NCBI GenBank assembly: GCA_017513095.1
Contig: JAFWDJ010000011.1
Location: 71,297 to 135,296 of the forward strand
Reading direction: 5' to 3'
From: Clostridia bacterium
Lineage (GTDB): Bacteria; Bacillota; Clostridia; Oscillospirales; RGIG577
Length of the DNA stretch: 64,000 nt
Shown: positions 59,016 through 64,000 of the stretch, in pieces
Numbering within the stretch: the first letter of the stretch is position 1
How the letters are laid out: each line of letters begins with the position of its first letter
The notes under the pieces: model-generated
What the model saw: the letters and a program-made list of their open reading frames with translations, nothing else
Databases searched by the model: none
Told to the model about the DNA's origin: nothing
Made by a program: the position numbers and the translations under genes

Positions 59016-59626
59016 TGGATATGTCCCTGTTCCCAACGAAAAGCAATCTCATGAAGGCAAAGCACTCGCTCGAGCTTGCCCAGTTAGGCTACGAGCTTAT
59101 GGACAAGAAGCGCGTCGTGCTCGTCAAGGAAATGATGTCGCTTTTCGATGACGCAAAGGCCATACAGTCCGAGATCGACGACACCTTTGCCGAGGCGTAC
59201 CGCGCGCTTCAGATAGCGTTCATATCGCTCGGCGTGTCGCACGAGATAGCGCTTTCCGTTCCGGTGGATGATTCGCTGGAGCTCAAATACAGAAGCGTTA
59301 TGGGCATAGAGATACCCACGCTTCGCAGTACCGAGCCCGCGCCCGCGATCTACTACGGCCTTTCGTCGAGCAACTCGCTTCTCGACGAGGCGTATATGAA
59401 GTTCCGAAAGGTCAAGGAGCTTACGCTCAAGCTTGCCGAGATAGAAAACAGCATATACCGCCTTGCGACCAACGTAAAGAAGGTCCAGAAGCGCACGAAC
59501 GCGCTCTCGAATATCATCATCCCCCGCTATACGCAGGTGATATACGATATCTCGAACGCGCTCGAGGAAAAGGAACGCGAAGAATTTTCCAGACTGAAAG
59601 TTATAAAGAATACGAAGCAGAAATAA
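59015..59626 (+). CDS. V/A-type ATPase subunit D
   Basis: PTKSNL, KRTNAL..IIIP and LEEKEREEFSRLK motifs. Confidence 0.95.
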   Translation: MDMSLFPTKSNLMKAKHSLELAQLGYELMDKKRVVLVKEMMSLFDDAKAIQSEIDDTFAEAYRALQIAFISLGVSHEIALSVPVDDSLELKYRSVMGIEIPTLRSTEPAPAIYYGLSSSNSLLDEAYMKFRKVKELTLKLAEIENSIYRLATNVKKVQKRTNALSNIIIPRYTQVIYDISNALEEKEREEFSRLKVIKNTKQK

Positions 59627-59630
59627 ACCT

Positions 59631-59702
59631 GCGGCGCGCCCCGTTCTGGGGCGCGCCGGTTTGTTGTATAAGAAAAGAGAGCCTTACGGCTCTCTTTTCT
59701 TA
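59631..59702. terminator. Pair of terminator hairpins between the V-ATPase operon and ackA
   Basis: CGGCGCGCCCC...GGGGCGCGCCG and AAGAAAAGAGAGCC-ttac-GGCTCTCTTTTCTT. Confidence 0.8.
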
Positions 59703-59714
59703 TGCCCTATATTC

Positions 59715-60914
59715 TTACTTTAACTTCTCAACGATAGCCTTGGTGTCGAGGGCTATCATGAGCTCCTCGTTGGTGGGGATTACAAGCGTCTTAACGGTAG
59801 CGTCAGCGGCGCTTATGTCTATCTCCTTGCCGCGGATCTTGTTCTTCTCGGCGTCGATCTTGATGCCTAAGAAGTCAAGGCCGGAAACGATCTGCTCTCT
59901 GAAGCCTGCGGAGTTCTCGCCTATGCCAGCGGTGAATACAACGGCGTCAACGCCGCCCATAGCAGCCGCGAACGAACCGATGTACTTCTTTACCTGATAG
60001 CAGAACTGGTCTATCGTTACCTGTGCACGCTCGTTGCCGTCGTTTGCGGCAGCCTCAACGTCTCTGAAGTCGGCGCTTACGCCGGAGAGACCCAAAACGC
60101 CCGACTTCTTATTGAGGATATTGCTAATCTCCTTCGTGTCGAGGTTTTCCTTCTCCATGAGGTACGGCAGAATTGCCGGATCGAGCGAGCCGCTTCTCGT
60201 GCCCATGATAAGGCCCTCGAGCGGAGTGAAGCCCATCGTCGTGTCAACGGACTTGCCGCCGTTTACGGCCGTGATGGAGGAGCCGTTGCCGAGGTGGCAG
60301 GTGATTATCTTAAGCTCCGACAGGGGCTTACCGAGCATAGCGCCCGCGCGCTGCGTTACGTACTTGTGGGACGTGCCGTGGAAGCCGTACTTTCTTATCT
60401 TGTACTTCTCAAAGTACTCATAGGGCAGCGCATAGAGATATGCGTATGCCGGAAGCGTCGAATGGAACGCAGTGTCGAATACCGCTACCTGCGGGATGGA
60501 GCCTAAAACCTCCTTGCAGGCGTTGATGCCGATGATGTTCGGCGGGTTGTGAAGCGGCGCGATCTCGCAGCAAGCTTCGCCGACCTTCATCATTTCGTCG
60601 TCGATAAGGCAGGAATCCTTGAAGAACTCCGCGCCGTGAACGAAGCGGTGACCTACCGCGTCGATATCGCTCATGCTGGAGATAACTGCGTATCCCTCGT
60701 GAGTGAGCGAGTCAAGAACAACGTTTATAGCGTCCTTATGGTCCTTCATCGGCACGTCCTTCTTCATCTTCTCCATGCCGATGACCTCGTGAGTGAGCTT
60801 GCCGTCGATGCCTATTCTCTCGCAAAGGCCCTTGGCCATGAGCTTCTCGGTATCCATATCGATAAGCTGATACTTGAGCGAGGAGCTGCCGGCGTTGATA
60901 ACTAATACTTTCAC
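59715..60914 (-). CDS. ackA: Acetate kinase
   Basis: [28 protein letters not shown] and IPTNEE motifs. Confidence 0.97.
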   Translation of the reverse strand: MKVLVINAGSSSLKYQLIDMDTEKLMAKGLCERIGIDGKLTHEVIGMEKMKKDVPMKDHKDAINVVLDSLTHEGYAVISSMSDIDAVGHRFVHGAEFFKDSCLIDDEMMKVGEACCEIAPLHNPPNIIGINACKEVLGSIPQVAVFDTAFHSTLPAYAYLYALPYEYFEKYKIRKYGFHGTSHKYVTQRAGAMLGKPLSELKIITCHLGNGSSITAVNGGKSVDTTMGFTPLEGLIMGTRSGSLDPAILPYLMEKENLDTKEISNILNKKSGVLGLSGVSADFRDVEAAANDGNERAQVTIDQFCYQVKKYIGSFAAAMGGVDAVVFTAGIGENSAGFREQIVSGLDFLGIKIDAEKNKIRGKEIDISAADATVKTLVIPTNEELMIALDTKAIVEKLK

Positions 60915-60950
60915 TTACATTTCTCCTTTTATATTATTTACAAAAATGCT

Positions 60951-61949
60951 TTACATCATCTGAGCCTGTACGCTGGTGATAGCGACAACGCCTACGATAT
61001 CCTCGGCGCTGCAGCCTCTCGACAGGTCGTTTACGGGCTTCTTTATGCCCTGGAGTATCGGGCCGTACGCCTCGGCCTTTGCAAGACGCTGAACGAGCTT
61101 ATAACCGATATTCGCGGACTGAAGGTCCGGGAAGATGAGGCAGTTAGCATAGCCTGCTACCTTGCTGCCGGGAGCCTTTAACTGGCCTACCGACTCGATA
61201 AGGGAAGCGTCAGCCTGAAGCTCGCCGTCGAGCATGAGCTCGGGAGCGCGCTCCTTTGCAAGCTTAACGGCCTCGCGCACCTTATCTGCGGAGTCGCCCT
61301 TGCCGGAGCCGTAGGTCGAGTACGACATCATGGCAACTCTCGGCTCGCTCTTTAAAACGGCCTTATAAGACTTTGCGGAAGCGATGGCGATCTCGGCCAG
61401 ATTGTCGGCGTCGGGGTCTATCGTGAGTCCGCAGTCGGAGAATACGAACGTGCCGTTGTCGCCCAGCGTGCAGTTGGGAACTACGACCACCATGAACGAG
61501 GATACGTACTTAACGCCGGGCGCCGTCTTAAGTATCTGAAGAGCCGGTCTGAGCGTGTTGCCGGTGGAGTTGATGGAGCCTGCAACCATGCCGTCAGCGT
61601 CGCCCTTTTCAACCATCATAACGCCGTAGTAAAGAACGTCCTTCATTAAGCCTGCGGCTTCCTCACGGGTAAGGCCCTTCTTCTTTCTCATCTCATAGAA
61701 GGTGTCAACGTAATCGTTAAACTTGGGGCTCTTTTCGGGGTCGATAACCGGAATGCCCGTGATATCGGCGCCTATCTCTTTTGCCTTGTCTGCTATCTCT
61801 TTTTCGTTGCCGAGGAGCACTACCTTTGAGAAGCCCTCTTTTGCAACCTGTGCAGCCGCGTTTATTACTCTGGGCTCAACGCCCTCGGGCAGTACGATGG
61901 TCTTAACATCGCTTGCGGCAAGCTTTTTCATGTTACCTAAAAAATCCAT
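60951..61949 (-). CDS. pta: Phosphate acetyltransferase
   Basis: IVLPEG, DGELQAD and GPILQG.KKPVNDLSRG motifs; start 61949; upstream TTGAAT-N17-TATAAT near 62043-62071. Confidence 0.96.
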   Translation of the reverse strand: MDFLGNMKKLAASDVKTIVLPEGVEPRVINAAAQVAKEGFSKVVLLGNEKEIADKAKEIGADITGIPVIDPEKSPKFNDYVDTFYEMRKKKGLTREEAAGLMKDVLYYGVMMVEKGDADGMVAGSINSTGNTLRPALQILKTAPGVKYVSSFMVVVVPNCTLGDNGTFVFSDCGLTIDPDADNLAEIAIASAKSYKAVLKSEPRVAMMSYSTYGSGKGDSADKVREAVKLAKERAPELMLDGELQADASLIESVGQLKAPGSKVAGYANCLIFPDLQSANIGYKLVQRLAKAEAYGPILQGIKKPVNDLSRGCSAEDIVGVVAITSVQAQMM

Positions 61950-62163
61950 ATGAGTTCCACCTTTCGATTTATCATAAAAAATATTACCTGTGCGTAATCC
62001 TGCATTCCGGCCCGAAAAAAGCCATAATGCAATCAAAGATTATTATAGTACAAAATCTTTAAAAATTCAACGGCTTTTACGCTAAAAAATTATTTGCGTG
62101 AAGTTTTAATTTGACAGCTCAATTCTACCGTCTCTGTTCGTATAGCTGCGTAAGTCCGCCCGC

Positions 62164-63324
62164 TCAATCATGCGCGCTGAAAAAAGCGTCCATGATCCGC
62201 TGCGTTTTCAGGGAGTCTTCTTTTAACAGGATTTCCAGGTCATCGAGGTAAGAAATAAGCTCCTCACGGATGGCTGCCGCCTCCTCATAGTCGTCCGCCT
62301 TGACCGATAGCTCCGTAATATACTTATCTTTAATCTCCCAGACCTCAATACGGACTTCCGTCCCCTTGTATTCTCCCGTGTAGCGCTTGAACGAGACAGG
62401 CCCCGCCATCTGAGCCGCTTCAATCGCATCGGTTCCCCAGCCTTCGGATTTCCAGTCCCTTTCCTCGGGCGGCATGTTTTTCTTAATCATTGAAACGGCC
62501 TCGGCAATGGGCAGCTCTGCTATACCCGTATACGCGCCCGCGTCTTCTGTGATTTCTGCCGAAAGACTCAGCGTCATGCTTGAATATCCCCACTCAACCT
62601 CCGGGGACCACACATCATCGGACAGGATAAATCCCCCCGTTTCAGCCCTGCGCAATTCGGCGGCAACGTCGCCGTCCGCTATGGGACAGCGTTTCTTATA
62701 CGTCAGCCTGAAGCCGTTTTCCGGCTTGTCCTCCCTGATTCTTATGCGGTTAATCCAGCGCTCCCGTCCAAATTGCTCGTCGGCCGTGTCGAGATATGCT
62801 ATGCCGTATAATTTATACTTTTTCCCCGTGTCGAACTCATCGCGCACTTCCTTCTTCAAAAAGTGATTTTCGTCAAGAACCCTATCGGAATCCAGCATTA
62901 AATGAATCTCATATGAAATCGGAAACGCTTCGCCTATGTACCCCAGCCGTTTCGCGCCGCATAAAGGTATCATCGAATCATCGAGCACCATAAGCAGGGT
63001 CGACGCATTTGACACATCAAAACGCAGGGTCTGCGTGCCCGGCGAAAGGTGTTTTTTCTCCGCCCCGAGAAAGCGTCCGTCGCCATCGAAACGAACGCAC
63101 CATGCATCTGCGCTCTTTTCGGTATCGGAGAGATAAAACGAGGCAGACCATCCGTGTTCTTCTCTGTGAATGGAGTCAATATATGCCTTTTTTGTTCCTT
63201 CACCGGCGCTCCCCGCTGCGGCAAAGCCCGATGTATGATAAGCGCACGCAAATATGGATATTACAAAACAGCTCAATAATAAACTACCGGTCAAAAGGCG
63301 CCTATGCCATTTACGGTTACTCAT
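62164..63324 (-). CDS. Secreted protein with C-terminal CYTH-like (triphosphate tunnel) domain
   Basis: Signal peptide; YEIHL, YLDT, RIR, LTYKKR, EVEWG, EVW and TELSVK pattern of CYTH-like proteins. Confidence 0.6.
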   Translation of the reverse strand: MSNRKWHRRLLTGSLLLSCFVISIFACAYHTSGFAAAGSAGEGTKKAYIDSIHREEHGWSASFYLSDTEKSADAWCVRFDGDGRFLGAEKKHLSPGTQTLRFDVSNASTLLMVLDDSMIPLCGAKRLGYIGEAFPISYEIHLMLDSDRVLDENHFLKKEVRDEFDTGKKYKLYGIAYLDTADEQFGRERWINRIRIREDKPENGFRLTYKKRCPIADGDVAAELRRAETGGFILSDDVWSPEVEWGYSSMTLSLSAEITEDAGAYTGIAELPIAEAVSMIKKNMPPEERDWKSEGWGTDAIEAAQMAGPVSFKRYTGEYKGTEVRIEVWEIKDKYITELSVKADDYEEAAAIREELISYLDDLEILLKEDSLKTQRIMDAFFSAHD

Positions 63325-63659
63325 AATTTTTCCTTCTTTGTACAGTCTGATTTTTCTGTTATCTTCACTATTATTTGATACTTTGAGCATATATGATTAT
63401 CGGTGAGCGGTCAAGCCCTTATAAACTATGATTGAAATAGTTTTGTATTTACCGATAAGCCTTTCGGTTACATCGCAGCACGGCAAACGCTTGACATAGT
63501 TCGATTTCTTTTATAGAATTTGTTTGAAATATTGCTGTATTGCAAATTTGTTGTAAATGCGTTTTACACAGAAATGAAGCCCCAAAAAGCCTTGTATTTA
63601 CCGAAAGAATCATATACGAAAGAATATTTGCCGTTTCAACGCAAAAAAGGTGAGTTTTT

Positions 63660-64000
63660 ATGAAAATTGCCGCAATCATTGCCGAATACAACCCCTTTCA
63701 TAACGGTCATGCCTATCATATTGAGAAAACAAAGGCGCAAACGGGCGCCGACGCCGTCGTCGCGGTGATGAGCGGCAGCTTCGTTCAGCGCGGCGAGCCC
63801 GCCGCGGCGGACAAGTTCCTACGCGCCCGTGCAGCCGTTTTGGGCGGCTGTGACCTTGTAATAGAGCTTCCTGCCGCCTTCTCGCTTGGCAGCGCGCAGC
63901 GCTTCGCGTTCGGCGCGGTAAGCCTTGTGCGCGATATGGGCTGCGTTTCGGCGCTGAGCTTCGGAAGCGAATGCGGCGATTTAGGTAAACTTAACGAGCT
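63660..64000 (+). CDS. tmcAL: tRNA(Met) cytidine acetate ligase (YlbM), N-terminal part (runs off window end)
   Basis: Manual translation MKIAAIIAEYNPFHNGHAYH...VMSGSFVQRGEPA...DLVIELP; conserved neighbour of pta-ackA. Confidence 0.9.
   Translation, partial: MKIAAIIAEYNPFHNGHAYHIEKTKAQTGADAVVAVMSGSFVQRGEPAAADKFLRARAAVLGGCDLVIELPAAFSLGSAQRFAFGAVSLVRDMGCVSALSFGSECGDLGKLNE

Noticed and set aside
63550-63570. Rex or cre box near tmcAL (TGTAAA-N5-TTTACA)
   Set aside because: Spacing does not fit the consensus, and a short inverted repeat in AT-rich DNA is likely by chance.

Overview
Chromosomal window from a moderately GC-rich, spore-forming anaerobic Firmicute (Clostridia-like, judged from cotJABC, hydG/hydF, addAB, V-type ATPase and pta-ackA-tmcAL synteny). 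Most of it is housekeeping: a cobalamin-riboswitch operon (cbiK lipoprotein, a two-domain lipoprotein, a Btu/Fec-type ABC transporter, cbiA), feoAB, pyk-purECMNHD, nfeD-SPFH, typA, hydGF, trkAH, rpmE, addBA, a 9-gene V-ATPase operon, pta-ackA and tmcAL. Small accessory inserts are scattered through it. The best candidate for an unusual system is at ~25.2-28.4 kb: two tandem, divergent, prophage-free cassettes, each made of [truncated MuF head-protein stub fused to a deaminase toxin]-[immunity]-[terminator]-[small gene]. The cassettes share a 68-nt identical block, their toxin and immunity variable regions co-vary, and they are flanked by REP-like repeats and two candidate structured RNAs. Other oddities are an orphan phage tail-fibre/collagen protein next to cotJABC, a hicAB module flanked by direct repeats, a stand-alone ThiN-domain gene lacking the usual His, tandem paralogous lipoproteins, and a secreted CYTH-like gene inserted between pta and tmcAL. 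No rRNA, tRNA, CRISPR array, integrase or transposase was seen. All family calls come from motif recognition by eye, not database searches.
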